A stretch of DNA of 62,759 bases, filler included, from Choristocarpus tenellus KU-1152 (GCA_964200185.2; 13 parts of 13 records of this genome joined end to end with filler, not necessarily neighbours in it); one strand, 5' to 3'. Counted from the first letter of the whole stretch, positions 12,225 to 24,885 are shown. The notes: generated by a model not told the origin, from the sequence alone. Made by a program: numbers and translations.

Positions 12225-12641
12225 CGTGAATCGTGTGATTCTGTGGTGGTGTGGTTCACTCAGGTAAGGGTGGCGAAGAGAATCACCGGGCAAGACGGAC
12301 CAGACGAACAAAGACGAACTGTAACGCAGGGTATGACATTAAGGTTGGACAAGTGCAAAACGAGGAGTGATGAGCATCTTCAGAGATGGGGCTTCATCAC
12401 CACAAGTCAAGACGTGAGAAGAAAGTGAATCTTTCATGTGTGACAACTCTGAATGACAAGCTGTCTCAAGTCTGTGAGATTGGACTCATGAAGAGATTCC
12501 ATGGTTTCATTCTGACGAAGGTCCACCCGTCGAATCATGGATGCTTGATGAGGACCCTCAATCGGTACTATTGTATAACAGCATGACGGTATATGACATA
12601 CAGCAATAACGGTATAACAACAGACAACCATGCTTTCCGCA
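12225..12641 (-). repeat. 3' LTR (~417 bp)
   Basis: Begins TGCGG right after the polypurine tract, and its end matches the 5' LTR end. Confidence 0.65.
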
Positions 12642-13448
12642 CCACTCCCCCTTCTGATCAGCGTTGAAGCCATGTAAACATGATTCAAGGTTAACCAAAA
12701 AGTGAGCTCCGGGAGCGAAATGGGAAACATGTGTGACTGTTAGTATACTATTGTACCGTTGTATTACACGACTCCATTATACAAAATGAAGTTTAATATA
12801 TAAATGAGGCACAAAATGAATATCTAATAAGGATAACATTAGCTTAAGGTTGGTGTGTGGTCAGTACACCAATCAAGGTTACGAGGTCTGAGAGTATGGG
12901 ATCAGCATATCAATCGGCCTAAAGATGAGGTGAGACGTGTATATGGCCAGCATATAGGGTCTCTATTTTCTTGTATAAAACGGAGGATACACTCAGAATG
13001 GGGATACGAGGAGCAAACACTACATGATGTCAACAAATGGTTTGACTAGTGTTTGTGATTCGACATTGCTATATAAGTGTTACACGATGATTTGATCACC
13101 ACTCCGATGTGCGAAAACAACATCGCGTGTTACATGACCAAATCAACACAGCAAATGACGAGATCAAATGTTTGCACCCACTCTCCTTCCTCTACGACGT
13201 AGGTGCGGTCTACGAGTACATTTCGGATTGTCCAGGCACGAATGGGTTGTATGACCCTCATGAGTTGCCGCCTGACAATCCGGGTACTGGCACACACTAC
13301 TTTTGTGTTGATCAACGGTATAGTGGACTGTTGATGGGTGTCTCTGCGTAATGTGACGTGTCCAGGGGTCGTGCTGATCTGTGAGTTGAACTGGCTATGG
13401 TAGGGAGGACTTGCCAACGACCAAGCTGGAGACCTGTTGAGGGTTGCC

Positions 13449-14877
13449 TCACCCGCTCGGTGACGTTCCACCTCCATACGGAGTCGTTGACATTTTCGTT
13501 GTAATTGTACAAAGTCTTCCCGAGGAACCAGTCCTTGATGAGGGTTGGTGGATCACAGCACTAGTGTAAGTTGTTGGGGTGGAATTAATACCAGGCAAAT
13601 TGTTGGCCTCATACTGTTTGGCACGGTCATGAACCTGGGCAAATGTGGTGGCAGGTTCTTCCCGAATCTGCTCAAGACGAATCGTAGGGAGCAAGCCGTC
13701 TTCCTTCAGGGTTATTTTCAGTTGCTTGAAAAGTGAAGTTGTTGTGTCGACTGAATCTGAGGACGATTTTGTAAGACAAACATCATCTAAAAAACGATTC
13801 ATTGCAGTTGTGCAATATAAAGTATATTTGTTGACAGACTCAGTCTTTCCTTGTTTCAAGGATGTTAGCCTATAGGCTGATACACTTACAGCATGGGCGG
13901 GAGTGAATTTGTTGATCAAGGCGTTCTGAACATCAACTGTTTCAGGGAATGCAGGACCGTACTGACTGGGATATTGCCACAAAAGTGCCAAATCTTCTTC
14001 GCCAGAACCTTTAATTGTCAGACCAGGCGGGATTTCTGAAGCGGAAAAACTGAAACGACTGCCTTCTGACAATGGTTGTGGGTGTGTGATTTCGCTACTC
14101 TGTTCAATGGATCTTACTTGATCGATGCCTGTTCCCTGAACTTGGAGCTTTAGCAGGTGCTGAAGCCATTCAGGAGGCACAGCGTTTGTTCTTGCGCATT
14201 GATGTGGTGTGCAATTAACACTGGTACAGCATCACCGAATTTGAGTCAAAGTATCTTACAGGGTAGAGCCGCGTCCATTTGAGGGACAAAATCCAACGTT
14301 GCGATTTTGGTTAATTTTGGCTATCATGTTTGTTAGGAGATGTTAATATCCTTGTTCCGGACACACCCTTTCATAACGTATACATTTCACCTACTCCGAA
14401 ACATTTTGGAGTAGGTAAAATGTCATTAGAAACCCGTGGGAAGCCAAGCCCCAAATGGACAACAGGGAAAACCTCGTACCCTCTAAGGTACTTTCACTCC
14501 CAAGTGGCCTGCGAAATGGTCAACTCACAAGTGGTGGAACTTGGAGGCGGGACAGCTTCTTCCTGAAAGAGGACCCGACGAGTATCACGGTTGCCCGAGG
14601 TAACATGATGCCCTAGGGTCGATGACACGGGTCTGGCATGAGCCTGACGATCTCTTTGGAGGGAAGGAAGGGAACCTTGTCTACGTTCGGTAAGTGTTAT
14701 GTTACTAGACGAAGTAGGCGCGACACTAGACGAGTCAGAGTCGTTATTTGTTGAAGATTCCATGTCCTCTGTAGACTCGTGTCCCTGAATCTCTTCTTCT
14801 GGTGTTCTGGATGGTTCCAGATGTGGGGTCAGGCGCTCATGTGCACGACGTTTTCGCTTCGATCTTGAATTCGGCAA
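13449..14877 (-). pseudogene. Retrotransposon gag-like ORF (Gypsy-type), interrupted by MITE and frameshift
   Basis: LINKFTPAH...LTSLKQGKTESVNKY...DGLLPTIRLEQIREEPATTFAQVHDRAKQYE fits the Retrotrans_gag pattern (LxQxxxESVxxY...GLxPxI). Confidence 0.75.
14243..14499 (+). mobile_element. MITE family A, full copy inserted in gag
   Basis: TIRs GAGTCAAAGTATCTTACAGGGTA / TACCCTCTAAGGTACTTTCACTC and internal hairpin CCTACTCCGAAACATTTTGGAGTAGG. No clear TSD in this copy. Confidence 0.9.
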
Positions 14878-14924
14878 GTTTCATCTGTGATCAAACAAAA
14901 GTTCCCCGTCACCCTATTTCTGAG

Positions 14925-14940
14925 GTTACTGGTGTCGCCA
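14925..14940 (-). promoter_or_regulatory. Primer binding site of LTR element
   Basis: TGGCGACACCAGTAAC lies 1 nt after the LTR end ...TTCACA. Confidence 0.65.
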
Positions 14941-15114
14941 ATGTGAATCGCACGGTTCTTTGGTGGCACGGTTCACTCAGGTAAGNNNNNNNNNNNNNNN
15001 NNNNNNNNNNNNNNNNNNNNNNNNNNNNNTTAATTAATTAANNNNNNNNNNNNNNNNNNNNNNNNNNNNNNNNNNNNNNNNNNNNCCCCTCCCCGCTACC
15101 CTCGTTCCCCCACC

Positions 15115-15161
<47 letters not shown>

Positions 15162-17872
15162 ACACACACATATACCAACAGTTTGCAACCCAATCAAAAC
15201 CCACGCATTGTATTATCGAGCACGACACCAGGTACCAGCATGCATGGAAACTGCTTCAAAAAAGAGGGTTTCTATCACCTTGGAAGATGTCTTATAATAT
15301 ACTCCAGGTACTATCAGATTTGTCGCATGTATGTGTGGAATTTCCAACACTGTATGTATGTAAGTACGCACTGTACATACATGTGTACTGCTTGGTTGTG
15401 TCCCTTTACCCTTTTGCACTACGGAAATGCTTCCATCTTGTTATGAACCTATGCTAACGTGAGTATCATATGAAATAAGTGGCGAGCTTTTCCTACACGG
15501 CAAACCAAGAAATAGTCATGTGGGTCTACACTACAAACAAGTAAGTGCCCTCACAGGAGGAATCAACACTTAGGAAGGGGGATCATTGTTGGATTCTTTG
15601 AAAAAGAAAAATGACAAAGTGGAGCTTTTGTTTCCCCTGAGATGAACGCCACACTACTATCGGGAGACCAGAATAAAACATCAAAGAAATGCATCCTGTA
15701 CAACCAATCTCCCTGCAGAGATATCTTTCAAGGTGTACTTCATGCGGTATTTGTATACTCCAGTGAAACCCTTAAGATTGTAGTACTATTCTGACACGTA
15801 GTACTTTGAAGATACATTCCTAATTGAGGATTGCATCCTTCTTTTCAAGTACCAGATCAACCACCCAACAATACAAACTCAAAAAAGCTCCAGCAAAAAA
15901 AAAAAGAGGGGCATAAGCACACACGACTTACTTTCAAATTTGAGTTACAATAGTCTGTGAAAATGTGTTGGAAATGGCGCTCATTATATCAAATCTATAT
16001 TCTTAACCACTTCCCTTACGGAATCAATTGATCGGATGCTCATGGTTGTTGCCTTCAATAACATACTGTCCTCACAGTCACGGGGAAATCTTATTCATCT
16101 AGCTTACGTTATCGGGATAGAGAACGAAGAGGGTTTCATGAAAAACTGAAGGCGGGAGCACTCTCTGAAAAAATGGGAGTGAAAATAGTCTGAGATAAAA
16201 CATAGAGCCCATCGACTGTGCATTTGTGTTGAGATATTTCTAGTCGAGAGAAAACTGCTACGTTGGTGACGAAATTTGTCTGAGGAGGCTAAGAGAGGAT
16301 TTCAAATACGACTCGTGCATATACACTTGTCCATAAAAATATAAAAATATAAAAATATAAAACAACGCTCGAGGTAGTTACAGCCCAGATGGAATTGGGT
16401 GCCTTAGGGTTAAGGGAGCCATGAAAACATACATCAGCACAAACCAGTGATAAGGTAGGGTTGAGTGAGTGTAATTTGAAGTTAAAAGTTTGAGTGTTGT
16501 GGTTTAATTGTTGGGTGTCAAAGAGAACGAACAAGTCACAAGTGTACCTACAAATTGTCTTGGAAGATATCAATAGTTGCACCAAGATATATTGGTCATG
16601 GCTGCGGTTCAAGGAAGGGTTCACTTAGAGGAATCAGGGCTGTGGCTATGGGTGTGACTACTGAAAGAGGTTGACAAGCACAAATATCAGACTCACTCGC
16701 CTAGCACAGGTATTTATACCATTTCAATTATAGTATTAAATTACAATACACAGTTGTGAGGTTTATGTACACTGGAACACTATGAATAATGGGTAAAAAT
16801 CCTGGTAAATAATCCTGGTGGGTGTCATGCATGGTACATCGAGTCGCTTTTGTGCAGATCGTATTGAGCACATACAATCAATTATGGCATATCCACCTCA
16901 TGACAAAATACCACCTCAAGTCTAAAAACATACGAAACGTGCATATTGTGCAGTATCTGTTCAGAGAGAAATTTTGCAACCAAACACGCATGTAGTGTGG
17001 TGTAACATACAGGATAATAATTATACACATTTTGATTTGAAACGGATTGGGGACTATCCCACACCTCTCCATCACACAAGCACCACTGAGCTGTGGCATG
17101 ATACTAGACAACAATCTACAAGTCGCCTTAAGGATTGTAACCCACAGGGAGGTGTATGGCATAGGCAGTTTCTACTCTGCTGTGAAGGCATGCGGTCAGT
17201 CTGCCTGACACCCCTTCCTTCCAGCAGACAATTACTGCTAATAAACCTCTATACATATTGCACAACAATAGAGGAATCCAATTTTACATGCTAGCCACAG
17301 TAGCAGGAACAACACTGGTTCCAAGGCTGTATATTACTATCAGAATGCAACAAGAAAGGCTTGCTTGCGCATATGTAAGCACGCCGCCAATAAAAGGAGT
17401 TGAGGGAGTCTCTAGGAAGGAATAAAAAAAATAATGCACATCAGGGTCTGCAACTTCTTCTAGAGGTTATTCCTTCTATCCCCAATATTTGTTCATCAAA
17501 CCATTTATAACTGCGAGTGCTTACCTAAATACTTCCAAGTAGGGGGAGGGGGGAGTGGCTGGGTACAGCAAGGCATTAAACTTCTTGCTAAACACCTCGA
17601 GCTTTTGACAAAAAAGGGCCAATCAACGAATAGGTGTCTACTTAACAAAACACAAATGACTTAAGTCACCAATAATGGATAATGGGCTAATAGAGGGAAC
17701 ACACAAAAAACATGCTATAGTGCATAGTATTTGTCACAACAATGGACAATAAATAAATAGAGATAAAGAAGTGACACTCACGCAAGAACAGGCCATCCAA
17801 TTCCGGTTCTCAAGTCGACGTTTATTCAACTGGTTCAAACACATTGAGACTTCTAGGAACTACTTTACCGTG

Positions 17873-19190
17873 CTACGCAGATCTACGCTCCGTTGCTGCC
17901 GGTGACCCACCCCTGTCCCACTCATGAGAGCCCTGAATTTTTCCCAACCCAATCAAGAGTGCCGCTACTTCCGCCTCTGCAGCGCCTGGAGCCTGGACCA
18001 CTTTCTCCTTAGGACCTTCAGAACATCCCGTGCTCGTCGGCACTGACTCTGAGGTGTCACCCCCACAGGCTCCTTCAGCCATCTCAAGAGTAGCAGCCTC
18101 CACTGTGTCCTTCGTGTCTTGTTGCGTCGGTGACGGAGGTGGTGGCTGGTCGTCAAGGGAGTACCAGCTACTTCCCGAACCACTTCGGTCCAGGAACCGT
18201 TCAGATGGGGCATCGGAGGTATCTGGTTCGGGACCTGTAGTATCTCCGCTCAGTTCACCAGACGATAGCTCTGGATAAAGAGGCGCTGGCGATAAGCGCA
18301 TCTTCTTGAGGGGTGGGCGACTAGTATGAGGGATTACTAAAGGGCGTTGAAGGTTGGGTTTGGGGTTCTTCGCGCCACTCCGAGGCCCACACTTCTTCCG
18401 CTCCGTGTAGTGACAGGTTTTCTTGCGTCGTAGGCAACGAGTACACGGTGTTTGACCATCGCAACGGCGCTTACTGCTGACACAACTGTTCCTCAGGGTA
18501 CAAATGGCGGATGGAGGCCCAGTGGGGGAGGAATTGTAAGGTTACAACAAAAACGCATGCAATGGATTCTCTGGAAAGATTTTCGATCAGAAATACAAGA
18601 AGGACCAACCACCTGAAACAACGAAAGAAACCAAACGAGGTTAATCCTGTTTCTAAGCGCACCCACTTCAATGTTCAACCAGCGACGAGTGCACTCTAAA
18701 CGTAAGCAAATTTATCTCACCTATCGCAAGACTTCCGCAGGAAGCCACTTCCGTACTCAACCATACTCCTGGGTTCTACCGCTGGAACGGGAGCTCTAAC
18801 CGAAGTGCTTGAGGGTAAAACCGAATGCGTCCCTGATCCTCGTCGGAGTCCAGCCTCGACATCAGCAAAGGCAGGCAAAGACTCGGATGGTATACCACAA
18901 GCTGTAGGGATCCCACATAGTGGCCTTAGATGGAATCCAGAGCCAGAGACTGTATGGTGGTGAGGAGATAACGAAGTTGATCCAAAGGAGAATGGTGGCA
19001 TGGCTGATGACGGATATGGTGCCAGTCTCAAAGGTGGGGGCGGAGGGAGACCAAGAGGCATTTCGAAGTTTGGACCAGGGGTACGGAGGACGAGACCTCG
19101 AATGCCCGGTAACTCTGGCACCAAAGAGCTCCGCGCATCTTCATCCCCCCATGCCAACGCATGATCCCTCCTTCCCTGGTGATCGCCCAT
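17873..19190 (-). CDS. Zn(II)2Cys6 (Gal4-type) zinc-cluster transcription factor, ~360 aa, exons 19190-18721 and 18485-17873
   Basis: Splicing AG|GTGAGA...AACAG|T yields LRKSCDSCVSSKRRCDGQTPCTRCLRRKKTCHY, an exact C-x2-C-x6-C-x5-C-x2-C-x6-C cluster. The frame is open to the stop at 17873, and KKMR is NLS-like. Confidence 0.9.
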
Positions 19191-19660
19191 CCAGATAGCG
19201 GAGGTTGACCAAAGAGAGTATTTCCTGTATGCGGAAGGTTTCCCGTTCTTAGTCTAGATGACAAGTGCAGTAGAGGCTTCAAATGACACTGAAGTAGGGA
19301 TTGATATACGCAAGTGTCTATTGAGGTTCTGAGAAATTAATGCGTTCCGAATCCGATTTTTCCTAGTCATTCTTTGGAGTGTCGGGTTGACAGAAGTTGA
19401 AAACAAAATCATCCATAGATGACATTGTGGCAGTGGAACTATTCTGGCGTTCAGTGTACATAGTACTTTACACCACAATACATCATGATCTTTCTGTTCT
19501 TTTACACTTCACTTCCTAACGTTACACCGAAACAACCAGCCAACCATTGTGGTCAAGTGAAAAATTGAATACTTATCGGCAGATTCATGAATTACCCAAA
19601 ATACATGTAGGCTACATGTTCATGGAGTGATTTCAGATTTTTGTGAGGCCTAGATTATGT

Positions 19661-20158
19661 TATTATTATGCTGACATTTTGCAGATGTGTCACGGGGAAA
19701 CTAGATTATAGTGATTTTAATAAGGTTACCCTTTTGTCGGTATTAGGTTGTGATGAGAAGTGTTTGTACCGTTGGCGTTTAATATATATTTTATTATTAT
19801 GCACTCTGACATATATTGATTCACTCCACCTATCTCCAAAGCGGATAGTTTTGAATTTCCGATTTCGTGAGAGATGGCATATTAATATGCCAATAGGTAT
19901 AAATCTAACATGTATAAGGAAGAAGATGTAACAACTATAAAATCGGGGGATTAAGATTTCTTTAATATAAGGCGTATTTTGTATTCTTGTGGTGGACATG
20001 TCATTTTTAATTTGTATTTTATTATTATGCTCTCTGAGATGTCTGAAGGGGAAAACCAAAAACTATTCACATGTCAGTATTAACCCCATTAAAGTATTTT
20101 ATTATTATGCCCTCTGACATTTTGCAGATGTGTCAGGGGGTACACCAATGAAAACTAT
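19661..20158 (+). repeat. Cluster of family D repeat units (4 degenerate copies)
   Basis: TTATTATG(C)..CTGACAT/GAT unit at ~19661, ~19790, ~20017 and ~20097. Confidence 0.65.
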
Positions 20159-20349
20159 ATATATATATATACCCGTCAGCAATGGTGTAGCTGCTGCTGT
20201 AGCTGAGGCGCGAAAGCGCACACACTACGAGGGCTCCTTTGATCCTCGTNNNNNNNNNNNNNNNNNNNNNNNNNNNNNNNNNNNNNNNNNNNNTTAATTA
20301 ATTAANNNNNNNNNNNNNNNNNNNNNNNNNNNNNNNNNNNNNNNNNNNN

Positions 20350-21109
20350 CTATTGAGGATGGTTTCGACCGAAAATGGTGCGGAAAAAGTGCCAATGTTT
20401 TTTTTTGTAAATTTTGGGGCACTTTTTAAGGGCCCCTTTTTGAATGGGAATCCATGCCGAAGGTGGTAGTAGGACATACTTAATTGGTCTTGTACATTTC
20501 CAATGTTCCAAAAGTAGAATGATATTCTAATCTTTACACCAACAAATACTGATACAAACATCCTTCATTGATCTAGTACGTTTCAAAGGTAAGAAACGAA
20601 AAGGTCACAAAAACTTTTACTCTGTCTCTTTTTAATATGTAATCGTATGCTGTATCCCTTTTTTCATGTAACACAATTGTCAACAGAAAGAGAAATCGCC
20701 GAAACTCAAGAACCGCTTTTTGTCATCTGTAGTATTTGTAGAGCTAAAGTATATTCTTACAGTGTAGAGCCGCGTCCATTTGGGGGTCAAAATACAATGC
20801 TGTGATTTTGATGTAATTTTGGCTATCGTATACCCTCTAAGATAGTCTCACTCTTTAAGAATACAAATGTCCAACAATTTCAGATTTTGTATCTCACAAA
20901 ATTGGAGGGTGCCATTTGTTTTTTGACCTTTTGTTTTCTGTACATTGGAAACGTACAAGATCAATTAAGTATGTCCTACTACCACCTTCGGCATGGATTC
21001 CCATTCAAAAAGTGGCCCTTAAAAAGTGNNNNNNNNNNTTTCCGCACCATTTTCGGTCAAAACCATCCTCAATAGTACGCTCCATCCTCAATTTTTAAAA
21101 TCCACTGTT
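20350..21109. mobile_element. Family C element with long inverted arms (20350-20506 and 20942-21109)
   Basis: The arms are reverse complements over ~155 bp. The right end is CCACTGTT and the left end is cut by the contig start. Confidence 0.75.
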
Positions 21110-21320
21110 AAAACTCAGATTGCACATTTTTTATGAGAATTGCGTTACAAAAATACGAATATCAAACAGCATAGGATTTCATATTGAACTGGGACAGAGG
21201 GTGTCTGTATTTTCGTGACCTTTTCGGGCTATCACGTTTTGAACGTATGGGATCAATGAAGGATGTGGTTTGTATCTGTATTTGTTGGTGTAAAGATTAG
21301 AATATCATTCTACTTTTGGA
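20507..21320. repeat. Second inverted-repeat pair (20507-~20655 vs ~21165-21320)
   Basis: TCCAAAAGTAGAATGATATTCTAATCTTTACACCAACAAATAC is the exact reverse complement of the sequence ending at 21320. Similarity continues degenerately for ~100 bp more. Confidence 0.8.
20741..20853 (+). mobile_element. MITE family A, internally deleted 113-bp copy
   Basis: Both ends are present (GAGCTAAAGTAT.. / TACCCTCTAAGATAGTCTCACTC), with flanks TGTA/TTTA. Confidence 0.75.
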
Positions 21321-21702
21321 AAAACCCTAACGCGCGTGTTCTGAGTGTTCAACGGTAAAAGTGTTTACCAGTAACCAGGAATAACATAGATCCGCTTTTT
21401 TTTGTTATCTAGTGTTTATTTAAACCCTAAAGACGTCAAGAAGTGGATTTAAGGTTTATTTAAATAGTGGATACCAGTTGGAATGACTTCTTAGGTTTTC
21501 TGAAATTGGAAACGTGTGAGACCCCTAAAGTGCGTTCTTGGTATTTAAAAAAAAACTTAGCACGGTTTTAAGCGGATTTAGCATTTAAAAAAACCCTAAC
21601 ACACGTGAAAAGTGGCCTAAAGAGAAAAAGTGGTTTGTGGTAACCACTTTTTCTCTAAGAGTCACTTATTTTCGACTTGTACGTTTATGACAATCGCTAT
21701 GT

Positions 21703-21776
21703 GATTCAAAGTATCTTAGAGGTTAGGGTCAAGTCTGAGTGAAAGTATCTTAGAGGGTACGCGTTTTGCCCTGTTT
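21703..21776. mobile_element. Two adjacent MITE family A terminal fragments
   Basis: GATTCAAAGTATCTTAGAGG followed by GAGTGAAAGTATCTTAGAGGGTACGCGTTTTGCCCTGTTT. Confidence 0.7.
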
Positions 21777-24753
21777 CTCCATTAAATGAAGGGGAATAAA
21801 TAATGTGTACATACACACACACACATGGACAAACAGATACACACACTCACAGACATACAAGAAAAATTGAATAAGTGGTTCAGCCAGCCATGGCATGTGG
21901 TGTATGTAATCTACTAGGGAGAAGGGAGGGAGAAGACCTGTAACTGTTAACAATGGTAGCAATATCTCAAGGGAGGACCACCCCATCTATCTGTTTAATA
22001 TGGTCTGTGTCGGGTATATTAGTAGAGGATTGAGACGACACCTAGGGAGCAGGGGAGATTATGTTTTTTATTTGTTTTTGTTTTACTTGGTTAGATATGC
22101 AGTCATCGGCATTATTTGGGACCTGCCCATTCCTAGTTTAATTTCAATTTCAGCAACTTTTTGTAGCAACAAAAATTATCCGTCAAGTGCTGTGTTGCAA
22201 AATGTATTAAAATTGCATAATAGAAAATTCCAAATTCTTAAAAAATGCATTGTGTAAATTATTAAGAAAAAGTATCAATCAACTTGAAAACAGTCTATCT
22301 TACTGTACTATTTATAGTAGCAGTTATAGCGTGGGCTATCATCGCCTTACTGAGAAGGATATACTTTTAAAATATGCCTGACCATTATCATTTTCTCAGG
22401 CATCTCGATACGGACTCAGTTATCATGGCCAGCACTGCACAACCACTTGCTATCCCCTTCTTAAGCATCTTCAAAATAATACTCCCTCTTGCTGCAGTAA
22501 TAGTAGTATTACCACTAGTAGCAGTTCTGATATTATAGTAATAATAATAACAATAATAATAATAATAACAAACAGAATGTCTTTCGGGTCAAAGAGAAGA
22601 CAATATATCCAAGGTCGTCGTACATAAATATCGCAGAATGAGATATTCAATAGAAGGTACTGCTTAAAATAAAAATAGTTGTAGTTAGGGGAGTGCTCAT
22701 GGAACTAAATCAACAAATGGATGATGAGAGTGACACACAAGAGGCCTTGCGCATTGTGTGCATATGTGTCTTCATGTTGATGGTTCAAAAAATGAAAAGC
22801 GGTAGACACCACCTCTGGCTATTAAAACAAATTTCCCATTACCCCCCCCCCCACTCCCTATCATTCCCCAATATCCAGAATACTGTCCCTTCTTTGCAAT
22901 AATTATTATATGACACAACAAAAAGAATCGACCAACCTTCACACAAAACAAACAGAATGCTTTCAACCCTTTGCCATAGTCGCTCAGAAAAAAAAAAGAG
23001 TGGCTAAACAAGATCACCACGGCACACAACAGTGTCGACTCAGAGCAACACATTGGATAACGAAGCACTGTATACCACACACACACCTATGGCAGTCATG
23101 CACTGAATGCATAATGACACATTCATTCATCATGACCCACAGATGGGTCACAGAGGTCCTGCCTCAATGTGTGGAACCATCCACTACCAACAATGACAGA
23201 CTTTTCTGTTTCCCACCACAACAACAATCTTGCCGTCCTCCTCACTCCAGCTTATCCATGAGAAAGGACCTTTTTGTTCACTCTCAATTGAGTTGCCTAC
23301 ATAATATACACGTTTGAAAGATAACAAAACAAGCAATACAGATTAAAGTGAGGGGAACAGCAGATACCGCAACAAGAGCATCTACTCGGAAACAACAAAA
23401 TTACTACCACTAGAATAGTATCATAGCAGAAAGAGGTCGGGACAAAGACTCTGGGGGGCAATTGTTGCACCACCCTTGTAAATATGGCAAGGCAATCATC
23501 AACAGAATGCACTAACCACTAAATGAAACAGACCCATAACCTACTATTTATCAACCATCAAACACTACACACCAACGAAGCACTGACCAAACAGCTGCAG
23601 CTAGCCACACCCATGCAGACGCACACAGACAGGCACAAGTGTGGGAGATAGGAAAGAGTGGAGGAAAAGGAGAAGTGCCTTTCCACCTCCTCAACTAGGT
23701 GTCCCGTCCCTTACTATTAGAGCCCAAACTAGATGTACCTTTCCCTCAACATGAGAGAGAACTTCAGTGCAATCTAACCTCTCCCCCTCGTCCTTCTCAC
23801 TTCTCATCCTCCCCACCCCCTCCTTCCCAAAGAAAACTATAGGACAAGTGGGGAAGTTCCATGACCTTAAATGCGTATAGCTGAAGATTCATGAGTGCCA
23901 AAATTGTTGCAGTCAAGTATCGTTCATCCCTGCATTCTTTGCATCACCACAGAGGCTGTAGGCAGCCAAGGAAATTAGGCAACGGAACCACCCCAATACA
24001 AACCTTCTCTCCTACCCCTCGAGAAGCTTCCTCTTGCAGCTGCAAGCTTTACCGCCCAACATAACAGATGCAATTCACAATCTACTTGACCACAAATGCT
24101 TTCTTCTATTTACCATCAATCAGTGCTGATATGTATTTGTCCCACCACCTGAACCCTACATCCACTGGGACCCCAAGACCATACCTGCACCCTTCCAAAA
24201 ACATTCAAAACCTACACCACAACTCAACAGCCTATGCATTGGCTATTAATTGCCACCTCTGGTCTCCCACAATCATACACACATCAGGCACCTCATGTCT
24301 TTCAGTCTTTCATTCCTTAGGCACATTTCTCATATCTAAAATGTCCCCCATCACTAACCACACAGTCAACCTGACTGTGCAAAACGAAGAGCAATGGATT
24401 TCCTTCCATCTCCCTACCACCTCCCTACCATCTCTTGCGGACTCTTCTGCTCATAGATTGAAACAGGTGCATCATGAAGCTGTTCTCTTCAAACACTAGT
24501 CCAGACAATCTGATGAGAGTCTTGGTGAGAGAAGAAACAGAAGGGCTAACCATTGCCATCATATCATCACGCTCTAGCTCCACCGCTCTTACATGAACCA
24601 CACCCCTCTACCCAAGGGCACGAAAAGAACATGCTGTCTGGCAAGTCCGCCATTAGAAATTGACACATTTTTTGGATGCCTCGAGATCTGGGCATGATCT
24701 GAGGCTGGGACCACATCGGGGCACAGTAACCCAGTTGTACGATACTTGCGCAG

Positions 24754-24885
24754 CAGTTTCAGCGCCTTCTAGATGACGCAACTCCCTTTCCCCGAAGAGC
24801 TGAAGTCAAGCTGCCCACCTTTACAAGATGTGCTAGACGCTGCTGGTCACGCTCTTGGCTTGCCTGAGAGTTATTTTAAAAAACG
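24754..24885 (+). CDS. Candidate isolated exon, unknown protein
   Basis: CAG|QFQRLLDDATPFPEELKSSCPPLQDVLDAAGHALGLPESYFKK|GTGAGG; no homology recognised. Confidence 0.3.

Larger units (their letters stand above)
12225..14985 (-). mobile_element. LTR retrotransposon, gag-only internal region (non-autonomous or deleted), 5' LTR truncated by contig end
   Basis: The 5' LTR end (14942-14985) aligns with 12225-12268. PBS TGGCGACACC lies just inside the 5' LTR and PPT AGAAGGGGGAG (12645-12655) precedes the 3' LTR. Gag-like ORFs are at 14877-14494 and 14180-13449. Confidence 0.78.

Noticed and set aside
15086-15165. Long poly-C/poly-G tracts at contig ends as G-quadruplex elements
   Set aside because: They coincide with assembly breakpoints, often inside MITE B G-runs, so their lengths are unreliable.
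23640-24500. Possible Gypsy gag/protease remnant on minus strand
   Set aside because: Strand skew suggests retroelement origin, but no diagnostic motif could be recovered.
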